Below are positions 13,411-26,500 of a DNA stretch of 64,000 bases, one piece after another; the stretch's first letter is position 1; the number at the start of each line of letters is the position of its first letter. A program made the position numbers and the translations under genes. The DNA is from Spironucleus salmonicida (lineage: Eukaryota): the NCBI RefSeq assembly GCF_000497125.1, contig NC_090602.1:620001-684000 (forward strand), in the 5' to 3' direction. The notes under the pieces are model-generated. The model was not told the origin of the DNA. It saw only the letters and a list, made by a program, of their open reading frames with translations, and ran no database searches.

Positions 13411-14760
13411 TAGCGCGGAAGGAAAATGGAGATAAGTATTCATAACATATAATATAAACTATTTAGAAATTTAAATGATAACTCGACAATAGACAGTAAT
13501 CACTCATCCCAGGAGGAAATCTTCCACACACGTCGCGCAGTCCTCTGGAAAAGAAAGCTCGGACGAAAGCTAGGTATCGTGCACTGAAATTTTAGAAGGC
13601 TGGATTATGATTTTGTTATTACGATAAGTTGTTTATTTTCACTTAGAAAATATAATATATAGTAGTAAAACGGTTTGCCAAATGAACATAGAGAATTACG
13701 TTGGTTCAATTTTATGGACAAATACTAATCTTAGGGAAATATAATTTTATTAAATATTGATACTTTATAAACATTATGTGAGGAGAAATCTTATATTTTC
13801 TAACTAAGAAGAATAGTATATAGTTAAAAATATTTATTACTTCAATAATATTAGATGGAATTTCTGGATAAAATATTATCTTGATCTCGCGTATTTTTTA
13901 TATATTAAATAAAAATAAAATCATATTTTCTATAATAAGACAATTTAATTTATAATAAACAAATTAGTAATTAGAATTTAACCTTAATACAAATTTAGCG
14001 AGTAAGTTTTAAAACTAATGCTAATAATTTTTGAATAAATCGTTGTTATCTCTATAAATCTATTAGATATACTTATATTAAGTGTAGGTAATATTTATAT
14101 AAGCTGAGATTGTTAATAAATTACTTTTTATCTTCTGTAATAAAAATAACTATTTTTTCAAACAATATTCTCAATTATTGAAATAATAAATCGTATTTAT
14201 TTTCATTAATTTTGTAGTCACTAATCATAAAGAGTTTTATTAGTAAAATTTTAATTAATATTTGTTTTACTTAATAAAATCATCATTAAGTTTTCTCTCA
14301 TTCATAAAATTTTATTTCAGCTTATTAATATTAATGTATTTAAGATATTATATAAGAAATCTAAATTTTAGAAATATATAATTAAATATATGTCACCTAT
14401 TATATTAATCTTAGTTTCTGTTGATAAACTATTGGTTTTATGCACTACGATGAATATTTTACAAAATAAATTTAAAAATGGTCTATTTAATTTATTTTAA
14501 CAAGGTATGAAAAACGTTAATATATACATAATTTATTAGTGCTAATACATAAAATACTATATTAATTTTATAAATTATCCACGATAACCTTCAAACCCTC
14601 AAGCTTATCTATATTATTATTTATTAAGATTAGATTCATATTCTAACAATGAAAGCTATTATTATTCAAATATTAACTTGATAAGTACTATAAATCCTTT
14701 TAATTATAATAAACATCATTTATTTAACAATCCAAAACATTGCTTAACATATATATAGAA

Positions 14761-15996
14761 TCACTAAATCCAGTCTCCAGGATGTGCTTTCTTTAATAAT
14801 ATTTCAACGCCTGATCCGATCAATGAACTACAAATAACGCCTAAGTTAGTACACATTCCAGCAACTGCTAGACCGTAAGAACGTTGGTTAGGATGCAAAT
14901 TACGCTTTTATACCCACGTCATTGTGTCAGAATAAATTACACCAGAACAAAAACCTATCAATGGACATATGGCCAACATGATCCAAATGCTAGTTATAAA
15001 ACGATATAATGACTATAGCACAAATAGAACAAATAAACAAAGACAGGCTGCCGAAAAAACTGCCAATGACCAATATGGGAAAGTATAATATAAGATTGAT
15101 GTTCTACCAATCAAATTACCTATACGAATAGCGAATGCGGCTACACGATAATAAGTTTTTTCTTCTCCTCCAAAAATAAGTGTAGGATTAACACCAGTAG
15201 TTGTCGTATATTAAAATACATAAACAGACCACAGTGAAACAAAACATAATAAATTATGCTTAACAGTTTTACCTTTTTCTTTAATAGAGGTGTAATCAAC
15301 TTCAGCTGTTTTTGGTTCCTCAACATTATCACGTTCAGTAATTCCAGAAACAGATAGGTTAGAAGAAACTTCAGTTATTTCCTCAACATTAGTGTTTTAA
15401 ACATTAGATTATTACGCCTCTAATTCTAATTGAAGCTTTACTGATGGCTTACGGAAGGTTAACCAAACACCCAAGTTTAATAATAAAGGTAACGGACAAA
15501 AACTATAGAGGATGATCTGATATTCAATATGAAAAACAGATGTAAGTAAAGCGTATCCACCAGCTCCAAGCAGTCCAGCAATTCCCATACCTATGCAGAA
15601 TGAACTTGTACAGTCAGGTAAAAATTTTCCAGAATGCGCTAAAGATGGTCCTTCATTACCAATTTGACATGAGAAACAGATAACTCCGCATAATCCTATA
15701 GCCTTTCCGTAAGTAGCAGAAAGTCCAGCTAAAATATATCCTAAGACACCAAACAATGAAATAACGAAAGCTACAATTTTGATATTGAAATACTGGTGGA
15801 AGAACGGATAGATGAATGAAATCAAAAATCCAGGGCCAATATCACACAATAAAACAATAGATTTTGGAAATTCTTTTTCAACTATATCAATAGCAGCAGA
15901 AATGCCTATAACATAAGAAAAATTGTTCATGAGACCTAAGAGCATAAAACCTAAATTTGTTTGCCATGGTTCACGAGGTTTCTTATCCTTAACCAT
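14761..15996 (-). CDS. CLN3: CLN3/Btn1 (battenin) family membrane protein, 411 aa
   Basis: FMLLGLMNNFSYVIGISAAIDIV and VLLCDIGPG match the CLN3 N-terminal signature; G.G.AGLLGAG.Y motif; stop in AGTGA. Confidence 0.85.
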
Positions 15997-16223
15997 TTGA
16001 GGAAGGGGGCGACATGAAATATTTTTATTATATACTAATATACACTATTTATTTTAATACAACAAAACATAAAATTGGTAAACATACAAAATTTCGTTTT
16101 TAACGTATATTAACATCAATACATAAGATTTTAAACATTTACGTAATGCAACATTTACTTTAAACAGCTAAAACAATTAATATTATATGATTATATACTC
16201 ATTATTTCTAAATTTTACAAAAA

Positions 16224-16850
16224 ATGCCATCTAAGAAATCGTATAAAACGTCCAAATCAAGACTCACCTCGCCCAAAATCAGCCAGGAGTTTGCCCAAAT
16301 CTACCCACCGGACAAGTACAAGCTCCTGAAGCAGCACTACGCCCAAATTTACAATGCGATCCAAGAATAGAAAAAGCTCAGAACAGACATAATAACGCTA
16401 AACAGCCAGACCGCCCATTTGGCGCAAAACATCCAAAATCTGTCAGAACTGGCCCAGATCCAGCAAGACCTCGCCCGGAAGCAAACCGCTCTAGACCTTC
16501 AGCAGAACCTGAATTTCACGCCGCGCAGCGCAGCGGACATCGCTTTCGAGAACGAAAAACTGCAGAAAGTGGTCAACTTTTACGGCCAAATCGCGCAGAT
16601 TTCAGTCGCAAAAACCGCCAAATTCGAGCCATTTCGCGCCATTTCCGAATCGTTTAATTTCGCATTTCGAGATTTTTCGAACGAGCGAAATTGGAGTGGA
16701 AAATTGAAATCAAATTCAAATTAGGCGATAATTGAAACTACCCGAAATGGGCAGTTTACGGACGAATTGAACAAGGGGCTTACATGCGCAAATGAGAAAT
16801 TAGCCAGTGCGTTTTCCGAGATTTTGATTAGAATGTAACTGATATAATGA
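16224..16850 (+). CDS. hypothetical coiled-coil protein, 208 aa
   Basis: MPSKKSYKTS... joins 16419..16724 in frame to TGA at 16848. Confidence 0.7.
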
Positions 16851-17101
16851 CGATCGGGCGAAAATTCGCATCATTAATGTGAGATGCGCAAGGGTCGCAT
16901 TGGGTGGAATTTTGGGTTATTAGGGGCTGAAATTAGGCTGTCGATGCGAAAATATGATTTTTATATAAAAATTAGCGCATGTGTATGGGCAAGATTGGAG
17001 TTTGTTGACATACGGCAGTTTTGATCTACGATGAAGGTCTGGAATGAAATTGCAGGTTTCCTGACTTGCTAACTTGTTATGTGAGCGAATCTGCGATGTA
17101 T

Positions 17102-18166
17102 TCACTCTGCAATGGGTGCTGGAATGAAATCGTAGGTTTTTTGAGTATATTGCGGGGTCCTGTAGAATCCAGAGCGCACTGCCAGTTCGAATCGAGCTTT
17201 TTGGGGTGATTGGGCCCATGGCAATTGGCTTTCTATAAGGGTGTAGCCAGATATCTACTAGATGTTAATTAAATCGTCGTCGCTGATTAAGATATTAGAG
17301 TATAGGGAAATCTCGTTCGAATTACTTGCTTTTAATAAGGAGAAGTCGAAAGCGGGCGAAACAGCGATGGTCTATAGCTACAGGGAAATGTCGTGCAGTA
17401 ATTCTTCGTTTGGTGTCACTCCCTATTAATTAGTTAATAATAAAGCGGCATCCAGCAAGTTGAAATTGCAGGAAGATAGCATTGCTAAGGATTCTGGTAG
17501 CGTTCTCTGTGGTTCAGAATCATTCAAGTAATTTTACATGATACATAGTTTGCTAAATATAGCAGACCCACCAAATTTTTATATGAGCATTTAGACTTGC
17601 TCGCAAGTTGTTAGAGATTCCGCTCTAGATCCGAAGGCCTGTACAAAATCAACTCCTGTAAATATTGAATTTGCATCCCCACAGATAACACAGTCTACCA
17701 TGTTGGAGGAAATAAAATATTAAATTTGATGGTAAGAGTTGAACGGAGTACAAAATACATTAAACTTCCATGGTTTAAATTTGTGTTCCAACATATCAAA
17801 TAGTCTGGCACATTATTTTTTCGTAATGTTAAATTATTAAATGCATTCTGTTTTAATTTAACTTAAAGGGTCTTATTAGTTAATTAGAATATTGGGTTAA
17901 GTAATAGACTGAGTTCTTCTAGTTAATAATATATTATAATAACATAATATAACCTTTGATTTTTCCACTTGTAAAATTCTATCAATAAGTTTCCTAAAAT
18001 AATTATAAATACTTATTATACTATCATTTTACATTAAATCAAATGCATAAATTGACGATGCTGTAAATGCCAACGTATTGAAATCTAATACTACTGTTTT
18101 TGAGACAAAGTATTTTTAAGGGATCGGCTACTGTGGTATAAAAGAATTTATATTTTTAACTTTCAT
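17102..18166 (-). CDS. Exo1/XPG-family paralog with degenerate active site, 354 aa
   Basis: MKVKNINSFIPQ...KTVVLDFN...VFCTPFNSYHQI...VDCVICGDANSIFTGVD is colinear with the 41593 and 43475 proteins; AGTGA stop; absent from the ORF track. Confidence 0.8.
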
Positions 18167-18674
18167 TATAATATTAAAAATAAATATTAATTATATATTA
18201 TAGTTAAGTTAATTATTATATACAAAAAATGAACTTAACACAAATATAATTTATGAAATACAACCAGATTATTTTTATTATAAATTTATATGATTCTTGT
18301 AGTGGTTTATGCTTCTTTATTTTTTATTTTTGTTTATATACAGATTTTTCCTAACTTTATAGTTACCAAGTAATTCATAAAGCTATTTATAAATATTTAT
18401 ATTTGATGTAAATATATTGAATTTACATCACATTAAAATATCATTATAATATCTCTTCTCACATTCAAATATTTCTAGTCTAAAACATAAGTTAGTAAGC
18501 TAATCATTATGTTATTAAGATTTATTTTAATACTAAAACAAAAACTAAATGCATATGTTACCTATTGTGTATTAATTTTCTTACTATTCCCTTCTAGGCC
18601 AACTAATATAATTAATACTTTCAAGGTAATAAGTTTGAAAATACAAAAAAAATATAATCATCACCATAGTTACT

Positions 18675-20345
18675 TCAAACAGTAACATCTTCACCAACAG
18701 CTTCTTCCACATACTTCAGTCTTCGGATCTTATGTTCTTTGAACCCTTTCTTATGTGCTTCGTTTTCAGGATTTCCGTATCTAATTAAAGATATTAAAAA
18801 GTTCAAAACAACTAATGCCATCTAGAATGCTACTACACATATTACACTCACTGAAAATTATTTCTATGTATCTTTTAAAACGATAGCTACGATTTAGAAC
18901 GTACTTTAATTCAAGCAACTAGCTAATGAGCTTCCAAAAGTTCTAGAAAGTGGAGGTAAACCGCATACATATTATGATAATGATCTAGGTACACAAGTTA
19001 GTAGCAATGCATATGTATGTTATTAAACCCAAATTGAGAAGAAAATGTAAATAAAGAACATTATTAGTGCCCCATATTTGAACTGAAATACCCCAGCAAA
19101 AATTCCCATACTTACAAAAAGCAGCAGATAAACTGCAGGAATAAGCATTCTAGATACAATTTTTTTGGTTAAAATATTATTAAGAAGCGTACTAGCCACT
19201 CCAAACGCTGACCCAATTGAGCTCATTGCACCAATTATTGAATCAGGGAACAAAACATGCTTTAATATTTAAGGTATTAAAAATTGTAACGATAATGTGT
19301 TTGCGAAATTCATTGTATTAGTAAAAAGTACATCTACAAGAGGATTTTTCAGTAAACCAAGTGGCATAATAGGTGATTTTGCTAACTTTTCAGAATAGTA
19401 AAACGCCACACAGCCTAATACAAACACAACTCCTAAAATTCCAGCAGGAATAAAATTTTAGAAAGTTAAAAATGTGAAAAATAAGGCAAAAGAAACGAGT
19501 AAAACAGCCAATGAAAATGATCCGAAAAAGTCAAAATGGGCCCATTTTCCCTATCTTGGAAGTTGAGAAAATGGAATTAAAAATAACACCGAAATTCCTA
19601 TTAAGACAGCGGGAACAAGATGAACATATTGCCAACCGGCAGCATCAATGATTGCCTACCCAATGAAGGGATATATAACCTATTGAACCATTCTAAGGAT
19701 TAAAGTATTAGCCACAGACTATTAGCGTTTTTCATCTGAAGGATAAGAGGACACAAACATATTTCTTGTAGATAAAAATCCAGAAGTAGTAGCACCAATA
19801 AAAGCCCTTATAATAACCAATGATATAAAATCGTTAATGAAAAATGCGGCAATATATAGTATGAATGTTATTACTAATAAAATTTATGTCAAAGTTACAA
19901 CTCCTACCAGGGATGCCATCTTCGAAAAAGGAATAGAAGTAGCAGCAGTCCCAAGATAATAAGAAGTCTCTAACCACTAAGCTTCTGCATATGTTATATT
20001 CAATTCTTTTTAGATCATAGGAAGAGCAAGAGGTATTACCGATTCATCAAACTAGTTTATAGAACAAACAAAAAATACATAAGGGCATATTGCCCAAAAG
20101 TTAGAGTTTCCAGGTGAATTGTACTTCCAATGCCACCAATATTTTTTAGGTAAGGGTTCTTGTGATTCAATATGTTCAGTTTCGTCTGTTTCATCTTAAT
20201 TTTTATTCACGGTAGTTGCGATGATGATATCTGGCTAAGAAGACTTTGAATGTTCTTCAACCTCCTAAGCAACCTATTCAAACTATTATGCTAGTATGTC
20301 CTTCTCTATTAATTCTTCCGGAGAGAAATGACACTGGTCCGTCAT
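18675..20345 (-). CDS. major facilitator superfamily transporter (DHA2/EmrB-like), 556 aa
   Basis: FDESVIPLALPMIQKEL...AQWLETSYYLG, IIRAFIG, GWQYV, FDFFG motifs; many TM segments. Confidence 0.85.
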
Positions 20346-20706
20346 TATTTTTACGATAGAATATTTTATATAAGCTAAAATAGTATTAAATGAATGTGGA
20401 GTTTATAGAAATTATGTAAAATAAATTAATAAGCTTTATTCTACATAATATAAGTATTTAAAACTTTATGAAAAACTTTATGACGCCTTTTTACTTTTTA
20501 TTGGCTATATTAAATAAAGTTATAACAAGACTTTAAAAAACAATTTACTTGGTTCATCTCCTGAATCCTATCCAGAGGCAATCTGAATATGGTTTCATTA
20601 AATTCTCATCAATGTTTTATTTTCAGCATGCATCCTCCACCTTTGGCTTTCCCTTTCCTTATCTTGCTTTAACTATTATTATATATATTATAACATAATA
20701 CCTAAA

Positions 20707-21741
20707 ATGCTCGAAAAACTTATCCGCCTTACAAAGCTGGATTTGCAGCTAAGTATTTGCGATGCCATCAAAAGTATGGCACCCACACTGTCAAATTTTT
20801 CCCAGGACGGCGCGCTCAACATCGCGATAATAACCTCCCCCTTCCACTGCGATTCGTCTTTCCAGACGAGCCCAGAAACGTCACTCCTGGCGCTTTTCCG
20901 CATTGCCATCAAGATGCACGCTGTCTCAAACTCACCTGCTGCGATCCAGGACGCCCTGGGGGCCTCCCCGCGCACCTTCGCGATCGTGTCATCGCAGCAC
21001 CCCGGGTACGTCCAGACAGTCGTCCTGCGCGCTCTAGCGGCCACCTACACGCAGCTCTGCAATACGCCGCAGCTGAATATAGCCGCCTTCAGCTTCGCTG
21101 GGCAGGCAGTATTCACGAGGACACTAGATTTCCTGGCCAGAAAGCGCGCTCTGGGATCGGAGTTTATCACAAAGTCACTCTCGTTGGATTTTTTGTAGGC
21201 GTAATACTACGCCAATGATGTTTTAGACGCGCTAATGGTACAGGGAGTTTATGAGGAAAACGAGCAGATTCAGAGTCAAGTTAGGCTGTATAGGAAGCTA
21301 AAAAGGGCTGTTAGGGACTAGTAGCTTGTATTTAAGTTATTAGTATTGTTTAAAACTGATTTACAGGCTGCAATTATGGGGCTGACAGAGGCCAAGGTGA
21401 GCACTGAAGATATTGCGAATCTGTGCGCGATCGGCGACGATGGATGTCAGGGATTAGTACTTGGTGGGATTGATAGGTTTTTGGGGTAGCTTATGGAAAA
21501 AATTGTAAATAGCGATTCTCCGTACGCTGTTATTATGCAAATAATAAGAGTTAGATCTAAATTGGAGCTTAAGAGCCTTTTTAAACTATTAAAACCTTAT
21601 AACAAGGATAGTTTAGTTTCATTAGATGTATTGCATCAGATAGTGCTGCAGCTGTAGGAAATTGGGATGATGAGACTCAGAAAATAAGGTACCAATCTGT
21701 GGATATATGCTAATGATGAAAATTGTAATAAATTGGACTGA
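20707..21741 (+). CDS. hypothetical protein, 344 aa, possible C-terminal winged helix
   Basis: 20707..21198 reads through to TGA at 21739; the fold guess comes from helix pattern only. Confidence 0.7.
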
Positions 21742-22614
21742 TTGTTATCGGCAGCGAAAGGCTCAGTTTTGGGCATTTTACATTAGAAATTTAGTCAATG
21801 CTAAATATTGTTTGTAAATTTATTAACAGAAATGTTGAAATGGAAAATATCTATTAAATTAAAAGATTGATACTGGATATTTGTTATAGTTATAACTTCA
21901 TTTGATAGTAATTATAAAACTAATATAGTATAGAATTATTGACCTAAAATTATGATATAGCCATATATACTTCTTATATTATTATAAGCGTTAATCCTAA
22001 GTATATTAAGTTGAATTGCTATTATTATTTCCATGTCTAAAATAGTATACTTTGCGTAACTGATTAAATATAAAAATTAAAATACTCATCTATTAAATTA
22101 GCATGTTTAGATGTAAATAGGTTAATAATATTGAAACAAATATGATAACTACGATCGTATTTACTATATATATAAATTTTCGTATATATTTAGTGATATT
22201 TTATTATTATAAATTTTATAGTTGTTGTTTCTTTTGTTTAGTTATTTTTGCTCATATGCTTTATATTGATATTATGGAGAAAAACCTCAGCTTATCAATA
22301 TTTATCATAATAATAATTAATGTTAATTACGTTAATAAGAATCACTTATGTAAACCACGTAATTAATATACTTATACTTATTAATAATATATAATTCGGA
22401 ATCCGATAAAATGAGGCATGATCTCAAAACCCTATGGTATTCATATTATAAACTAGAATAATTATCCAGATAAATCTGAAATTAAAAACTATCTTTTTTC
22501 ACTATTACCTAAATAATATGAATATACGTAAGTTTAAGTTATTCCGAGAAACCACAAACTGATGGCTCATAGGCCTATTAATATCACTCTATATTCTATT
22601 CTCTATTTTCCAAA

Positions 22615-22842
22615 ATGTATGCAAAGATAAGTCAGTCAACAGCTAGTTTAAGAAAGAAATGTCTACCTCCATTGAATTCATCGCAACCTAAATTACTAAG
22701 TTACATATCAGAGCATGTATCTTCTCCAATAGTTACTAGATGCAGGTCTTAATCTCGAGATCTAGAACTCTCTGACTGCTAACAGGACTATGATTTCACT
22801 GAGAAATCTATTCTTCTATTGCGAAACTTCATATTACAGTGA
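22615..22842 (+). CDS. small hypothetical protein, 75 aa (paralog of 59533)
   Basis: LPPLNSSQPKLLSYIS...SPI...LSD...DYDFTEKSILLLRNF; AGTGA stop. Confidence 0.7.
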
Positions 22843-23588
22843 TTATAATTTATAATATACGTTTTAACTCTTATCTACTAAAAAGTCCAACTAAAACATA
22901 TAATCTGTCACTTCGCCTATAGTACCTTTGGATGTGATGTCTTAACTTATACTACTTAGTTTGGCTTAGGAAACACACAAAAAGTATGAATCATTATATT
23001 CATTTCAGTAGGACCGCGTACTACTGGGGGTCTCCCAAAGCGATTGAAATGCAAGTATAGTTTATTACTTGCCGTTGCATAGCTGGGCTAAGCATTTCGT
23101 GAATTTAGATAACTATTTTATATGATATTGCTTTGCTTTCCGCTAGGGTAGGAAGCCCTAAACGACATTATAATCCCAACACACAGCGGATTCGGCTAAA
23201 ATAGTTTCATATAATAAAAATAGTCACAATCTCATGAGTGCAGAAGCGGGTCAATGCTAAATTCTTCGAGTAGTATAGATACCACTGGCCTAGTGTAACA
23301 TAATTGCATTTGCGACAGTAAAAAGCGTTAAAATGGTGCTATAATAGGTAAGTTTGCTAGCTGCCATGATGGGTAGCGTGCATTCTAAATTTGAAGAAGA
23401 TAACGATTTAACGTCCGGCATTGTAAAAACATCTTAGGCAGCAGATGCAGACCGTGTAGGCTATATGCTGTTAGAACATATTATCAGAGTAAAAGTGAAG
23501 CCACCTTGTACGGATATTGGCTTGAGATGAGAGAGACCCCGTAGATAAATATTATCCATCACTATGTAAATGCTGTATTTACCCTTAT

Positions 23589-23870
23589 GGCCCTAGGCCT
23601 ATTTCCAAACAAGTATCAACACAGACTAAAAAGTTATGATAGTTCTATCCTATAGTATTTCATTGCACGCCTTTTACATTCTGCCAGGGGTGAAAAAGTT
23701 CTCGTGCTTTCCTTATCCCTTGCATTCTATGGTGTTTACTTTTCCTCTGCTTGCCTCTTATCTTTCCAGGCACAGGCTACGCTCATGATAGTGAACTTAG
23801 CCTGTGTTGGACAATACTTGCAAACTAACATCCGACGCGTAAATATAGTTTTCAGTTTTAGACAGACACC
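23589..23870 (+). mobile_element. 282-bp repeat element, copy 1 (terminus GGCCCTAGGCC)
   Basis: Same terminus and sequence as 52544-52825 and 58128-58409, with a few substitutions; outer flanks unrelated. Confidence 0.55.
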
Positions 23871-24001
23871 ATCAAGCATGCAAATAATACACCCTATCTC
23901 CCTTACCCAAAGTCTAGAATCGCACAATTGCCACATCTCAATTCTCTCTACCCTGTAATTCCTCTTACTCCCCGTACAGTATTTTTCACTCACATAAAAT
24001 C

Positions 24002-26500
24002 TCATTTAACCAGCGTACCACCGTTACTATTAACAGCAAACACTGACACACTCGCTGGCTGCAAACTATTTTCCTCTATAACGGTTACGTTAGCTTTCTT
24101 TTTCTTCGACATGGCGTAGTAAGCTCCCAGCCCTGCTAGAACACCTACCGCTAAAACCACCCCTACAACAATCCCAACTATCGCCCCCACTCCAATGTTG
24201 CCCACGGAGCTCAGACACTGACCTCTATTGACCGAAAAGGTCTCCATGCACGCATTACACTCACCAGAACCATCGCATGATTAGCAGTGCTCAGGGCACG
24301 CTTTGCACTCATTTCCAGAGGTGCTAGAGAAGCAAAATTCGTATTCTTTACACGGTTTGCTGGCAGAACAGACCACTTCAGCGCAGATTCCTGAAACCTT
24401 TAGAAAGTAGTTTTCTGCGCATTTAGAGCATGTATTTGCCTCGGTGCAGGTTTCACAATTTGCAGGGCATGCCTGACACAGATTTCCGGTTTCAAGTTTC
24501 TGGCAGAAATTATTTTTCTGGCATTAAACTTTTTCAGAGCATTAATTCTTAACGCATTTTTTAGAGGATGAAATATCGAATCCATCCTGACACGAAGCGC
24601 AGGTAGTTGAATCAGAGCAGGTCTTGCACGATTCATGGCATTTGGTGCAAATATTTCCCGCGTCCTAGAGAGTACAAAACTCGCCTTCTGTGCATTTTTA
24701 TGAGTCATTGCATGCATCTGCAACGCATTAAGCAGTACTTGAAAGTCGCGAGCTCTGCTAACATTTGCTGCAGATTCCGTTCGGCGAGCATTCCATGCAA
24801 TGTAGTGGGCACTTTTTGCACGCTTTGGAATTCAGGTAAAAGGTTGTATCACATGTTGTACAGGTGTTCGAATCTGTACAGCTTAAGCAGTTTTCAGAGC
24901 AATTTTTACAGATGTTACCAGTTTCAAGTATCTCGCAGAATTGACGTGTCTGACATTAAACCTTTTCTGAGCATTAGTTCTTAACGCATTGTTTAGAGTC
25001 TGATAGCTCGAGTCCATCCTGACACGAATCACAGACAGTGGAAGCAGAACAGGTCTTGCAAGATTCCTTGCATTTTGTGCATTGATTTCCAGTATCGATA
25101 AGTTCGCAAAACTGGTCTTTGCTGCAGGGCTTGGAAACCGTGCACAGCTATTCTATGCACGATTTGGTGCCTGAAATGTACATTCCATCGTTGCAGCTAG
25201 AGCATGAATCTTTATTTTCGCAGGTCTTGCACTAGCTTTGGCAGGGATTGCACTTGCCATTCTCGAAGTAATGGCCATGCACACATAGATCGCACGTGGT
25301 AGCGTCTTTACAGGTTTGACAGTTCTCTAAGCAGTTTATGCACTGGTTGCCCTATATCTGTCGTTTGCAGAATTCTTTAGTTTCGCATAAATCTTCGTCG
25401 CCGCACTGATTGCCAAGTTTTGCGTAGCACTTATTTTCGTATAGTACGTATGAACTTAAGCACTTTGTGCAATCATCAGTACTAGTGCATATTAAGCAGC
25501 CGGAATGACATAATTAGCATTCTTTTTAAGAGTTCAGAAAAAAGAAAGGTTTGCATTTGGCGCAAAGCTTGTCAGAAATACAAGTATCACATCCCAAAGC
25601 ACAATTTTTACAGTAGCCATCTACTGCAATGAATGGTAACAGACACTTGTCACATAGTCCTTTTTTGTTAACAGTCTTGCAGTATTGTGGCGTCTAAACG
25701 CACCTGTTGCCAGTTTCGTCTTTCACGCACTTCTGGTCGGTGTGGCAAGGTAATTTAGCGTCACACTCCATTATAAGGCATTTATCGTTTTACAAAATGA
25801 AACCCTCGCGACAAATTCCGCACACAGAGTCTGATGCGCAAGCCAGACAGTTTTCCTAGCATTTTTTGCAGCTACCGGCAGCCAAAATGCTGTTATCTTA
25901 ACACGTAGTACATGTTGTTGTCGATGAGCAGTTCAAGCAGTTCACAGGGCAGGGATTGCAAGCATTTCCTTGCAGCATAAACGAAGGTTAGCATTAGTTA
26001 CAAGTTGCAGAACTACTACATATTTTGCATCCATCAGCGCACTTGATGCACTACTAATTTTCGAAACGGAAACCGTCTTAACAGGTTTAGCATTAGGAAA
26101 TGCCAGAGCAAGATTTACAGCCCAGCCCACAATACACACAATTTTATTTATCAAGTATATAACCTTACTCACATGCAAGGCATTCATCTTTATTATTGCA
26201 TTGACTGCAATGCTGTTTGCATTTTACACATAATTGATTAATCTTTCTATAGCCAGGGAGGCATTTTAAACAACCTGAGTAGGTGCACTATTAACAGCCT
26301 TCTACACATTTGCGACAGCCATTACTAGAACGACTATAACCTTATCTACAAGAATGACAAATACCAATATTATACTAACTACAAGATGCACAGTTGTACA
26401 CAGAGCAGTTCTAACAGAACTTGCTTCCATTGCTGGGGGTTTTGCTAGGGCAGACGGTAGAAATTGGACAGGCTTTAGTGGGACATATTACTTACGTCAT
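24002..26500 (-). CDS. cysteine-rich membrane protein (long-tail, CRMP2-type), 832 aa, copy A
   Basis: Tandem CxxC furin/EGF-like repeats; TM GAIVGIVVGVVLAVGVLAGLGAYY, then KKKK and a ~30-aa tail. Confidence 0.9.

Noticed and set aside
13475-13590. ATGATAA...CTGA possible box C/D snoRNA or short ORF
   Set aside because: Non-canonical box C, no identifiable guide, competing frames unresolved
23668-23678. CGCCTTTTACA resembling U5 snRNA loop 1 within the 282-bp element
   Set aside because: No closing stem and no Sm-site context
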